A stretch of DNA of 58,362 bases, filler included, from Sphacelaria rigidula (taxonomy: Eukaryota), in the NCBI GenBank assembly GCA_964200075.2. It is 5 parts of 5 records of this genome, joined end to end, with 100 filler letters (N's around TTAATTAATTAA, not from the genome) between each part and the next. Parts side by side here need not be neighbours in the genome. Positions count along the whole stretch, not along the records: positions 11,694 to 23,286 come from CAXNAA020004736.1; 4 more parts are not named here. One strand, written 5' to 3'. Positions 11,694 through 23,386 of this stretch are shown here, piece after piece; position 1 is the stretch's first letter; each line of letters opens with the position of its first letter. The position numbers were made by a program, and so were the translations under genes. Under the pieces are notes generated by a model. That model worked only from the letters and a program-made list of their open reading frames with translations, made no database searches and was not told where the DNA came from.

Positions 11694-14243
11694 CTGACGC
11701 TATGTCCCGCCTGCCTCATCAACAGGGACCAGGAGATGACATAGACGACTCATTCCCCGACGATTTTACCGCCAGCACATCCTCGGAAACCGCAAGGTCT
11801 TGCGGTCCACAATTAGACGGAAAATGGTTGTCGGAATTGTCACCTTTTGATGTCACGGGAGAAGGCAAGATTATAGATGAGGCGAGATACGTAAGCACCT
11901 CGCGATCGCTCCCGTTCGCTGACTGCGCGTCGATAGAAGACGAATCACCCCGTCGTTCCCCCAGAACTCGCCGTCCGTCCGTACGCTTACAGTTCCCAGG
12001 CGCTGCTCGCATACATTCCGTGCCCACAGATGTTCAGATGAACCTTCAGCCGTCGGTAGGTATCACACCTCTTGAAGCCCCAACGAGGGAGCCTACTCCC
12101 ATCGCCCATGCTCCAGTCAGTGAGAGGCCGGAGGTGGAAGGGGTGCTCATCGCCGGGGGGGACAAACCCTCGTCTACGGTGAAAACTGCAGTAGACACGT
12201 CGGCATTCAAGAGGGCGATCCAGATGTTGACAAACGCATCCGCGCTGAAACGCGCACAGGAGGAGGACCAGTTCCTGGGGCAGGTGAGATCGATACTAAA
12301 GGGAGAGAAGGAACACTGTATGAAGGGCAAGGATGGCAAGAGTACGACGAGTGCAGACGAGGTGCAGGGGGGAAAGAAGGCACCAAATACGAGCGATGCA
12401 GACTGCGAGAGTACGGTGAGTACAGACGAGGTGCAGCGGGAAAAGGAGGTGCACAATACGAGTGATGCAGACTGCGAGATTGTGGCGAGTGCCGACAAGG
12501 TACCAGAAGAACCCAGTACGGAAAATGATGTCAAGATTCGGGTGAGTGACGACGTTGCACACCAATACAGTCTGGACGATCAAGGTGTGGCGTGGCTAAC
12601 GAAGGACATTAAAAAACCGTTGCTAGCCATCCCCTCGGTTATGGTACCTGACATCTTGGCGTTGGTACACTCCCCACATGGTCATATCGGAGTAGGAGCC
12701 ACGCTGTCTTTGATGCGAGATCGCTTTTTCCGGCCGTCAATTGTAAAGGATACCAGACTGTGCGTGTTATGTTGCAGCTGTAGAAGGAGGAAGAGGTCGC
12801 ATAGCTGTAAGATTGCAATGACACCGGGACGAGCCATAGAACCATGGGAAGAGTTGGAGATGGACCTGCTGAGTATAGACACTGCATCGCTTACGAACAA
12901 CAAGTACATTCTTTTGATCGTAGACCAAGCCTCCAAATTTCCCTTCGGCTTCCCACTTCAAACGAAGCAGGCTGAAAGTATAGCTCGCATCCTTGCTGAA
13001 CTCTGGTTGACATTCGGCGCCCCCCGCAAAATCCACTGGGATGGAGGAAAGGAATTTAGAGCTGAGGTGGTGACACACCTGTGCAGGTGGCTGAAAAGCA
13101 GACATTGCTTTTGGGCCCTCTGATCACCCCAGAAGCCAAGGAGCAGTCGAGAGGCTGGGGGGATGGCTACTAGACATGCTAGCAGGGCTGTGTAGGTCGT
13201 GGCCCCAGAGATGGGACGAGTATGTCTCCCCAGCGCTCTAGATCAAGCGTACCTTGCCAGACGTTTCCCTACACTCAGACATGTCCCCGTTTGAGCTTTT
13301 GTTCCGTCGTGAACCCCGCACGTCTCTAGATTCGCTCATTCCCCTGAACCAGGAGAAGGAATCAAGTAACGGTCTGGATGCCTTCGTGGAGCAACGTAGA
13401 CAAAACCTCAAGGAGGTACGTCTAGCTCTTGACAAAAGACACGCCGCGAAAGCATTGACTCGTGCGAAGATGAACGCCTCAATCTTGAGACCTTCTCCCG
13501 GAGAGGCGGCGAAAGAAGGGGATCTGGTCATGGTACGTGAATCAAACAGCACGATACATCGGGACGGTAAGGGGAGGAAACTGCAACACGAAAAATACAC
13601 GGGGCCCTGGAGAGTGAAGGAAGTGCTGATGACCGGCCTCAGTGTAGAGGTAGTCATGCAGGGGCGCAAATGCCGTACACGTAGAGTAGCAGTCTCCGAC
13701 GTGAAGCCCTTCCATATTCGCCCACCGCATCTCAGGCACTCGATAGCCGACTAGTTCGCTCAATACGTATGGGGTTCAGATTGCAAATCCAACACTGCTC
13801 CTCCCCAAACTCAGGAGTTCGTCACTTTGGTGGACCGCCGAGAGATCTACTCCATGATCGGTACGAAATAATTGAAATACAAGGCCAGGTCGTTGGAAGG
13901 GAAGGTGTCAGCCTGGCTGCCAGAGAGCCAGCTCCGAAACAGCTTTTCTTCTCTGGAACTAGACGCTTTCCACGCACTTTGGCACCTGTACAACCCCGCA
14001 GTTGCACCCAATCCGCCCCCGCACTCCAAGAAGCACTCCGCTCCCCTGTCGCGCAGTGACGCCTTGAAGCTTTTCCCAATAGGTGTTACTTTCTGGAAAG
14101 ACTTTCGACGTCTCAAGGACAAGGGTCAGGTGTATGACTACGGAAGTCGCTTTTGGCGAGTACGATACGAAGACGGAGACTGGGAGGAGCTATCCCACCA
14201 GGAACTAGACCGCTTAATGCGGGAAAAAGGAGCCCTACTTTGA
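11694..14243 (+). mobile_element. Ty3/Gypsy LTR-retrotransposon pol (end of RNase H, linker, integrase, chromo-like + Tudor-like C-terminus); pseudogenised
   Basis: DAMSRLP (RNase H end) at the gap edge; HHCC finger LVHSPHGHIG...CVLCCSC; DDE core LEMDLL / IVDQASKF / IHWDGGKEF; after a frameshift at ~13095, HPRSQGAVER and WDEYV; SPFELLF; KYTGPWRV (GPY/F). In-frame stops at ~13239, 13752 and 13869. Confidence 0.93.
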
Positions 14244-14930
14244 ACTGGAGTGGGAATGTCTAGGAATAGTCGGTATATGAAATGGTACAGGATATCACTG
14301 CACAGGGAAGGGGGTTGTAAAATTAGCAAGAAGAATTGTTGGTACCGTACTCTTTAGTGTGAATTGCGAGTGTGCCTGTTTTTGTTTCTTCCTTTTCTTT
14401 GTCGTTCCTTGGCCTTGTCTGGTTCCCATTGTGTAACATGCAAATACATTTATGAGCCAAGGCGCGTGGGCTCTATTCTTCGTAGCATAATCATCAGTAG
14501 TTACAGGAAAGCACTTCCCAAAAGCTGCACTCCTGTAACTACTGATGAGTTCGTGGAAAGGTTGTTTTTTGCGAATCCAACGTAAGTTGGATGTGGTTAA
14601 AGCCCCGCACTACCCTGGAATTCAGTGTAACTGATCCAGGGTGTCGACGCGCGATGAAGCTAACTAGCTAATCGTTCTCCAGTCTAACTGAGATCCCGGC
14701 AAAACGACAGCGATCGCACTTGTCTGCGGTTTCTGTCGATTGGAAAGGGCGCTAGAGATTTTTTTCCTTTCCTAACGGATAGGGTTTCCCCCGTCTAACG
14801 GGGTTTACCTATCTATTAGATACCGAGTTTTCCCCTGCAACATTAGTTGCAGGTTTTTCTCGTTTCCTTATTTCAGGTGTTGATGCACAGGCTTCGTTTC
14901 CCACATTTCTTTCGCTTAGCCTTAGCAAAA

Positions 14931-15092
14931 GGCTGGGGGGATGTTCCGGATTCATCGGTTATGGTCCAGTCGAGTAGATTCACTGTGTCATACTCTTGCG
15001 GTTTCTAGCCCGACAGGTCATGGGCCATTCTGAGTCTGATTGATTTCGACAGTGCCCCCCACTCGGCCACAGTCTTTTGGGAACTTATTTCA
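14931..15092 (+). mobile_element. Candidate polypurine tract and start of the 3' LTR of the Gypsy element
   Basis: GGCTGGGGGGA immediately followed by TGTTCCGG (14942). An alternative PPT, AGGGAAGGGGGT|TGT, lies at ~14304-14318. The 5' LTR is not visible, so boundaries cannot be confirmed. Confidence 0.35.
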
Positions 15093-16498
15093 ACGCGCAC
15101 GTAGCAGCTATCAGCCGGTTGCCAATAATACAAGAAGCATCAACACTATCACGGACTGCTATCTCAGAGGAGTCTTTGGTCATCACAAATGTAAGCCCGC
15201 ATTGCACGCATGATATGGGTCTTGTCTCCGGCGTGAACCATGGGCATACGCCGCCGGGTCATTGGTGTGTGGGTTGACTCCCCACATGGTAAAGTGAGCT
15301 CAATGGCTTCGATACTAATGATTGTGTTTGAGTTGCTAGCCTGGTGTCCACTGAACTGGCACCATTCCCAGCTAGAGTATCGAGCCATGACAGTATCTCC
15401 ATGTCAAGAAAGTTTGGTATTGCTGTTTTACAGTATCTCCGCACGTGTGGAAGGACCCAACGCGGCCACTTTCCCTCAGACCACAAGAGTCATTGTTTTT
15501 CATGTTGATGTAGTTCGGGAAACCGAACTGTTTTGCTTTTATAAAGGTTGGGAAGTTTGGTACATGTTGCTACGCCGGGCGACATCTGTTCAGACACCAG
15601 CCAGTCCAGTAGAGCGACGAAAGCTAGCTATGATCGGAGTTGCCAGCCGTACTACCGCCAGCGTTGCTTGGAAGCCACACGACCTTTGCGGTTGGCGGTT
15701 GATGGCGTGGGTGTCAAGTGCAGCGACAGGTGATTGATCATAGAGCACTCTTGTCCTTCGTAGGATCATATGTCGCCCCAGGGTGTACTGCGTGACCTCC
15801 TCACATCGGAAATAATCCTTGAAAGCTACTGTACCGAGGTGTTCACGCAGCCAGCGCATGCTCCAGATTGCAGCGTGGACGCACCCCTCTGCACCACGCT
15901 ACAAAAGCAACAGTTAGATCACTACCATGGGTATTTTGTTTCACTCCGCATGTCAAAAAGGTCTCCACAAGTGTTTGATGTCTGATACCCCCCCCCCTCC
16001 CCAACTGGCGTCTCGCACGCTGTTGTCGTCGGGCATCCAGAGGGTCACTCATATACATGTCGGGTAAAATCAACGATGAATAGCACCCCCCAAGTTCAAA
16101 TTGGATATATCTGTTGTTTTCGCACCACCACCGCCCTTGCTGGCATGTGTGTGACAGAGAGCGGTAGTAGCGGTGACGGGAACATTGCCCTATTTTCCAG
16201 CGACATGTTTTTCAGCGCACAGAGACACGTCCTGTCCAAAATGAGAGGCAGAAAGAAATCGATCTTCGCATTGGGTGAGCTCCACAGGCAATAAGAGACA
16301 AATTTCTCCGCACGTCGATGTTCTGGCACACGGAAAATTGGGTATATGCTGATAACATCGATGATGCCAGTCTCTCGAGCGATTGGGAATCGCCGAGCGA
16401 GGCCACACAAAGGATACGGGCGAGGAGCATACTCTCTGTCGTTGCTTCACACGTGGCCACTCGGCTACCTGGAGAGGATTTTGTAAAACGAAATCCTA

Positions 16499-17347
16499 TA
16501 GTAGTCAGTATCAGAAGTTTTCAGAATTCGTAGTTGTCCTCTTTTCTGAGTTTTTCTGTAGTACCGTTCTTCACTACTACTTGGAAGTGCTAGCTCCGGT
16601 AGATTTAGGAAAAAAGCGTAGGCCGCGCTCAAACTACAGTGCTCACGTTGGTGTTTTGGAGCGATACGGACTTGATACCCCGTTTATCAGGAGGGTGTTA
16701 TTGACCGTTTTTGGTCCAATAAAAGCAGTTTTCCCGCTTTTCAGCGACGAAACGGTAGATATCCAGATACATGAACACGTATCAAATTCTTCACAATAAC
16801 GATCGAGATCGTGTTTCCCTCCTATACTGCACAGACCTCAGTCTAGCACTTCCTGCGGATGGCCAATTTTCGGGGGGTTTTCGCATAAAACTTTCCATGA
16901 GCACTCGAAAGTGCTAGCGTCGATGGTTTTGGCAAAATAAACAAACGTTCTCGAATCACAATCGCCCAAGTTGGTGTAGTGGGGGCGATACGGGGTAAAG
17001 ACCCTCTTTATCAGGAGGGTGTTATTGATCGTGAATGCTCCAAGAAACATAGTTTTCCTGCTTTAGCGCAGTGACTAGATGGAATTTAAAAAAATCATTG
17101 TGCTAGGGCCTAGGGTCGTATTTTCGCAGGACCCCCGAAGATCGGTCAAGCCTGTAAGTCACTCATAATTGATCGCAGATGATTTTTCTTTCAAAATTTC
17201 TCAAGAGGATTCAAATATCTCCGGATGCTCATTTTTTGGCATCCAACAGTCACTGTGATCAGCGGTGGCAAGAAAAACAAATTTGGACAATCTTTGAGAA
17301 ACCAAGAAATTACGGAGGATTCTGCATACTTCTGACGCTGACTACCG
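16499..17347. mobile_element. Non-autonomous TIR element flanked by TA (Tc1/mariner-like MITE)
   Basis: Left end TA|TAGTAGTCAGTATCAGAAGTTTTCAGAATT; reverse complement of right end TA|CGGTAGTCAGCGTCAGAAGTATGCAGAATC. Internal ~70-bp direct repeat (TTTATCAGGAGGGTGTTATTGA...) at ~16680 and ~17003. Confidence 0.6.
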
Positions 17348-18118
17348 TACCTAGCGTCCGTTTTTTAACTGCCCTCTAGAGGACTTGAACAGCGTGCGTA
17401 GCTTTGTCTGTGGCTGCAATGTCTAAGATCACTCGAGTGTTTAGGCAGTAAGCCGGTCATTCCCCGCACCCTATATACCCTGCGTGGTTCCGCCGCCGCG
17501 CCTGTGCCCAACCCGTGCTCTTTCCTGCAGGGTTGTGGTGGTAGCTGGGAATAAGTGTTGTGGGGTTTGCACGGTTCGACCTGTGAACGCGGCGGGTGAT
17601 AAAGTACCACAAGACAATAGGAAGCCTCATGCACCGGGTGCGTTGTCGCGGGAAGTTGTAGGCCTGCCGTGGCCAGTTGAGACCAGGTACCGTTCATGTC
17701 ATTGATTCACCCATACTTGCCCACTCACACACACACATACCGAAAGCCTAACACCAAGACTTACACAGATTTACACACTTACACACAACTGAATGAAGTG
17801 GGGTACTCATTCCTGGGAAAAACGCTCATACAAAAAGACATGTCATAATCCCAGATTTTCGGCACGCGAACAGGCGTGTGCCGCCCCAGCAGATATGCAC
17901 TGCAACCACTACATCGGGTATACCTTCAATAACAGAATGATCTCATATTCGTATTTTCCCTGCATGTCATGATCCATTCTCCATATCTTTTCCCCTCGTA
18001 TCCAGGCAGATTCTGGAGCGTAAGTATAATTGTTTAAAGATTGCTGGGGTATGCATTTCACAGCAGCAGCGATATGGTCATGTATATATCGGACTGATTC
18101 GGAAACCGTGAGGAGTAC

Positions 18119-18410
18119 TCACTGGAGCATCCGATGCCCTCCAGATGACTCGTTTATGTCCATTCCAGAGGGATGAAACACCCCTACAGGGTATCCAGAC
18201 CTCAGAAGTCACTGGAGCATCAGATTCCCTCCAGAGGATTCGTTTATGTCCATTCCAGAGGGATTGAACACCCCTACAGGGTATTCAGACGTCAGAAGTC
18301 ACTGGAGCGTCAGATGCCCTCCAGAGGATTCGCTTATGTCCATTCCAGACGGATGAAACACCTCCAGAGGGTATTTTACCCTCCAGAGGGTCATTTACCC
18401 TCCAGAGGAT
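18119..18410. repeat. Minisatellite, ~3 copies of a 90-bp unit
   Basis: ACTGGAGC recurs at 18121, 18211 and 18301 (exact 90-bp period); the unit contains CCCTCCAGAGGATTCGTTTATGTCCATTCCAGAGGG. Confidence 0.9.
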
Positions 18411-18989
18411 GAAAATCACGATAGAGGATTTCCAAACAGGAGCCGAATGACCGCGTGTGTTCTCTCTCTGGTGATATCGTCATCGACACGCGTGTACACC
18501 GCATTCGTTAGGTGCACCTAGCCACAGCTGCTTAACTGCTGCGGACCTTCGAGGAAAATATGGCTTTACTCGGTCGTAAGTACTTCGCGTCATCCCTGCA
18601 AAAACAAAATGCCACTCGAACCTCATTTTTGAGATGGATCCCATGTTTCAGGATCCGCTGTTATATGCTTGGACCTAACTCGTGCGGACGCCCTCCGCGC
18701 AACTTGACTATCCCTTCGGTACGGGAGAACTTCGACACATTCGGGTCTTCCGCGTCCTCCACACTTTTAGAACGTGGGACGAAATTCAGTGTGTTTCACG
18801 CACAATTCCGCGCTCTCAACGTTCGCGTTCCCTAATACCCATCATGCCATACCCATGCCAGATCTTGCTTCTTCTACTCATCACATGTAACACAGTTTTA
18901 TGACCGATACACACATCAAATCTCTGGCTCAACCTCTTGGTAGGAGTCATTACCTTCACCATCTCCCAAATGAAGTTCAGTCCTTTCCA

Positions 18990-21900
18990 CGTTCATCGGG
19001 GTAAGCGTGCAGTTCTTACCTACCCCGTGAATGGTCCAGACTTGAAGCCAAGTTTCCTCCCCCTGTGTAGCCCGGCGTATGAGACATTGCAGTTTCCTCT
19101 GTTGTTTCTATATGGTGAAGCAGGCTGGAGCAAGGGCAATCCCAGAGAGAAATCCCCGCACAAATAAAAAACCGTGTATCGTGCGAATGATTGTCATGTT
19201 CCTTTCCCTTTTTACTGCCGCCAACGTATTCTGTCAGAATCAGTTTTTAAAATCAATAGTCGTATTCCACAGGAATGGGCGTGTGATTCTCTGAGTCGGT
19301 TAGAAGAGGAAAGTCTTGCGTTTGCCAAGCATAGCCCTTTCCAACAACGGCTTGCAACGGATCGTTCCACACGCAGTGCTTCAGCGTCTGATAACCCCGG
19401 CAAAATTCTCCCAGCATCCTCCACCGGAACTCCCAGCAAACAAAAGTCTGATACCGAAGACGCTCTTGCCAGCATAAACAGATTGGGTCGACCGCATTTA
19501 TTCATCATTGTGACCATGAACACTAATTGGTCGGAAATCACGAGTAATCTTCCCCCGGACAAACTGCCTATGATGGACCAGATTTATGTTGTCATGTGTT
19601 CAAAACGAAACTTAAAGATATCATGGCAGTGTCATATGGACAGTAGCTAATGCAGTGGCTGGGGTCTCTCAGTATGAGTGCCAGGAGATACCATGGTGTC
19701 AGCCTCACCAAGCTCCCACGTGGGCAAACTCACACAGACCTAGCTATCCATCCTGGACTTATCACAAGTAGATTCATTCATGTTCAGACTCTTGATAAGG
19801 ACCTCACGTGTTTGCTTAGCATCATGTTTTATCTACAAGCCCCCCTTACTCAGTACAGCCGCAGGTCAGCCATAGGAGCAGAGCGTAGTGATGGCCCAGG
19901 GTAGACCCCGGCAAGGGCAGCAACTGATCACATCGGGAGCCGCAGCGTGGTGCCGCGACTAAACAACCCTAACTAGTGACAGTAGCAAACGCGATAACAA
20001 CGCGTCACGGAATCCAGGGTCTACGAGCAGACCCGCACAGAGTACATCTTGCAACGCCTCTGAGCTTCATCACACTAGCCCATCCTAGACGAGTCCTTAT
20101 GTAGTTGAATTACATCACTTCGACATAATGCAATTGCGCCGAGGAATTTCATAATTCAACGAGAAGGGCTCTTCTACACTACACTCGTACAAAAGCATGA
20201 AGCGAAGAAAAAATAATCTCTCTCCCACACCTTCGCTAGCTCCAGCAGCATTATGTGCTCCTGCGCAGTCAATCGCAATTGCGTAATTGCGCTTTTTGAG
20301 GCACCTTTGGGTTTTTCTGCTTTGAGGTGTGGGAGGGACGGGCACCAGGCTGGTCATTGTCCTCTTGTTTTTTTTCTTTTTCGCATTGTCTCCTCATGAC
20401 TTGATGGGTGAGACAAGCCTCAATTTTAGTTGCTCCTGAGATTTCATCGCAACTCAAATAGAGGTTCGTCTGGGTGGGTGAGTGTCATGAGGAAGGAAGA
20501 TAAAGAGGCGTTATTTGTTCCTTCAGACAGTTTTGGGGCAGGTTGGCTCACAGATCACTCGATCCAGCCATGGGAATGCTTCCAAAGTTCTGGGAAAGGT
20601 TGATATACAGGCTGCGTTCTAGAAAAGATTAGTGTGCAGGCTGACATGCCCTGGCCCCGAGGAGGCAAACGCCTTCTCGGGTCGAATTCAGATAGGTTGC
20701 GTCGCATGTACCCATGCATTCTTGCTCACTCTTGAGCTATCCTTCGAGCCGGACCATCTGCTCCTACTGTTTACCACTGGTGAGAACAGTGTGCTGGGCA
20801 ATCGCGGGGATAATCAGTGAGGGTTAAAAATATATCAAGCCTTTGAGCTCCTTTTGTTGCTACTGTGACCAACAGTCACACGAACCTGCGCGTGTGTAAT
20901 TGCAGCTTGCTTTACTCGGACACCTGATGCGTTTGTGCACCTACTCAAGCCTGCAGCACACTGATCATAGTTAGGAAGGCGTTGGACCTTGTGTCACGTT
21001 CCATCTATATCACAGCAGAGCTCAGCAGCGGAAACGTTTTCGGGGATTACCTAGCGCACCTTGGAGTAGTGGAGTTCCAGAAACGAGGCTTTCCACACGC
21101 ACATCTTCTCTACACCTTCACAAACGCCAGCCCTGACAACCTGAACGAAACTGACGAGTGGATGTGGGCCAGGATTTCACACGCCAGTATCGCTAACGGC
21201 CTTCTTAGAGAAAAAGGATTGAAATATATGATACACAAACCATGCGGTGCCGAAAACGTCAACGCTCCCTGCATGCAGTTTAACAGAGACAGCAACAGAA
21301 AGCACTGCAATAAGAACTTTCCTCGACCATTCAGAAGTAACGCAACGATAGGTGACCGATCTGGAAGAGTTGAGTACACAAGGATGAAAAAACTCACAAA
21401 TTACCTGCCGTGAGAAATTTAGTCGATGGAAAGTGGATTGATGATCCTGTTGGAGATGAATGGGTTGCAATTTACAACCCATACCTTCTAATGCATTTTG
21501 ACTGCCATATTCATGTTGACGTCGTCACTGCTGCTGCTTGCGTAAAGTATCTTTTCAAATACGTGCACAAGGGTGAAGATTACGCGAAGGCGAGAAACCA
21601 GGGCATCCCTGACGAGATCGAGTTATGTAGCAAAACAAGATACATATCAGCTGCCGAAGCAACGTGAGGACTTCTAGGCTTTCACATGATTGACAGGAAC
21701 CCCGCCGTTACAAACATCCACGCGCATCTTGAAGTGGAGCAATATGTTACGTTACCAGCTTCCGTCACGCAAACTCAACGCCTGCAAATTACTAACCGTG
21801 CACACCCGCTTCTGATGAAATACTTCGCACGACCCATCCACGAGTGGTTTGATCATCTCCCCGTTCTCGGCTTTTACGAACAATACATCGTTACTCCTCC

Positions 21901-22806
21901 GAAGAAAGACACCCCTCCATTAACCGTTGCGCCACCTGGGAAGTTCTTGGACGCTTACAAGAACATAGTCTCCAGAAGAACATATGGTTCGATCCGCGTT
22001 TGTCGTATCGTTTTTCAGAGTGCAGCAGTCGGGGATATATTCTACTTGCGGCTTCTGCTCCACAAAATTCCTGGGCGTTTTTTCCGAGAAATGCGTACCG
22101 TTCCTTGCCCTGCTCATGGTGAAATTGTCCATCCTACGTTCCATGATGCTGCTAGGGCAAGGGGAGTTATCACAGGTGACGAGGAGGATTCAATCTGTAT
22201 GAAAGAAGCGTCTCAATTTCAAGTAGGTAGGGAACTGCGCGGCCTGTTTGTAACGCCCATCTTGGAAGGAGCACCTGCGCCCAAGCTTTGGTCGGAGTTC
22301 AAGGACAGCCTCACCGAAGACCTCAATCTTACACGTACTACAGATGAAGCCATCTCTGAAGCGTTGTGTGAAATTGTCTTAAAATTGCAGCTGCATGGTA
22401 AATCAAACGTGCAGATAAATCTGCCTCCTGTCTCACATTCGACAACCGAGTTGCAGCGCATGCAGAATGCCTTCAACACCGCAGAATGTACTGCATATAT
22501 ATGCTGATCTCCACGAACAACATCTCACACCCGAACAGCAAGAAGACGTATACTCTAATGTAATAAATTCAGTACGAAATAGAGATGGGAAGGTGTATAT
22601 CATTGATGCGCGTGCTCGAACGGGGAAGACTTACACCACAAAATGCATCGCGTCTAGATTACGAGGCGAAGGGAAAGTGTGCTTACAGTCGCTTCCACTG
22701 GAATCGCTGCCCTCCAACTCCCCGGAGGATGGGCCGCACATTCTTTGTGCCTATGGACGACAAACTCACCTCTTCCTGTGTTTGCAACATTCATACACAA
22801 ACTCAG
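18990..22806 (+). mobile_element. Helitron Rep/helicase (HUH endonuclease + Pif1 helicase) pseudogene, interrupted and 3'-truncated
   Basis: AYETLQFPLLFLYGEAGW; GRPHLFIIVTMNTNWSEI; VVEFQKRGFPHAH (Rep HUH motif); MIHKPCG..N..APCM; IYNPYLLMHFDCHIHVDV; KYLFKYVHKG (catalytic Tyr motif); RYISAAEA; FYLRLLL; TFHDAARARG; Pif1 LTPEQQ..IDARARTGKT (Walker A) and VASTGIAALQLPGGWAAHS. Many frameshifts and stops. Confidence 0.95.
19630..21014. mobile_element. 1,385-bp TG...CA insertion (probable solo LTR) nested in the Helitron, 4-bp TSD GCAG
   Basis: GCAG (19626-19629)|TGTCATATGG ... ATCTATATCACA|GCAG (21015-21018). Removing it restores the Rep frame ...VFKTKLKDIMA-ELSSGNVFG...EFQKRG. Confidence 0.85.
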
Positions 22807-23286
22807 TGATGGCAAGATACGAGGAGGACGAGCGTCAAAGGCAGAAGGAAGAGCAAGCGAAGGCCGATCGTGCCACCGCACGGCTGGCCAAGCAGGCAGC
22901 ACGGGAGGCTGCCGCTGCAGGCCGCGGTGAAGAACAGGGCAGGGGTCGTGGTAGAGCCCAGTTTAGTGGCCAAGGAAGGGGACGTGATGGGTTTGGGGGG
23001 GGTGGTCGAGGCGTGCCTTCGATGCGGGGTGAGCGTGAGGTACCTGCGAGGGGTGGGCATGGAATGCCTGCGGCACGAGGTGGTCGTGGGGTACCTGCAG
23101 GACAAGGTGGGCGCGGGGTGCCTATGAGAGGTGGACGTGGGATGTCTGCGAGAGGAGGTGGACGTGGGGTGCCTGCGACAGATGGTGGGCGCGTGGTGCC
23201 TTCAAGAGAATGTGGGCGTGGGGTACCTGCACGAGGTGGCTGTGGGGTGTCTACAAGAGGACGTGGAAGTAACCTCTCGGGTCGTG
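22807..23286 (+). repeat. Arg/Gly-rich low-complexity coding-like stretch with ~30-bp tandem units (RGGRGVPA), replacing the Helitron 3' end
   Basis: Helitron similarity stops at CNIHTQTQ (22806); then ARYEEDERQRQKEEQAKA...GRGRGRA followed by repeated GGRGVP(A/S/M) units up to the gap. Confidence 0.6.
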
Positions 23287-23386
23287 NNNNNNNNNNNNNN
23301 NNNNNNNNNNNNNNNNNNNNNNNNNNNNNNTTAATTAATTAANNNNNNNNNNNNNNNNNNNNNNNNNNNNNNNNNNNNNNNNNNNN
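23287..23386. other. Assembly gap with TTAATTAATTAA spacer
   Basis: 100-bp N-run with central all-frame stop linker. Confidence 0.97.
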
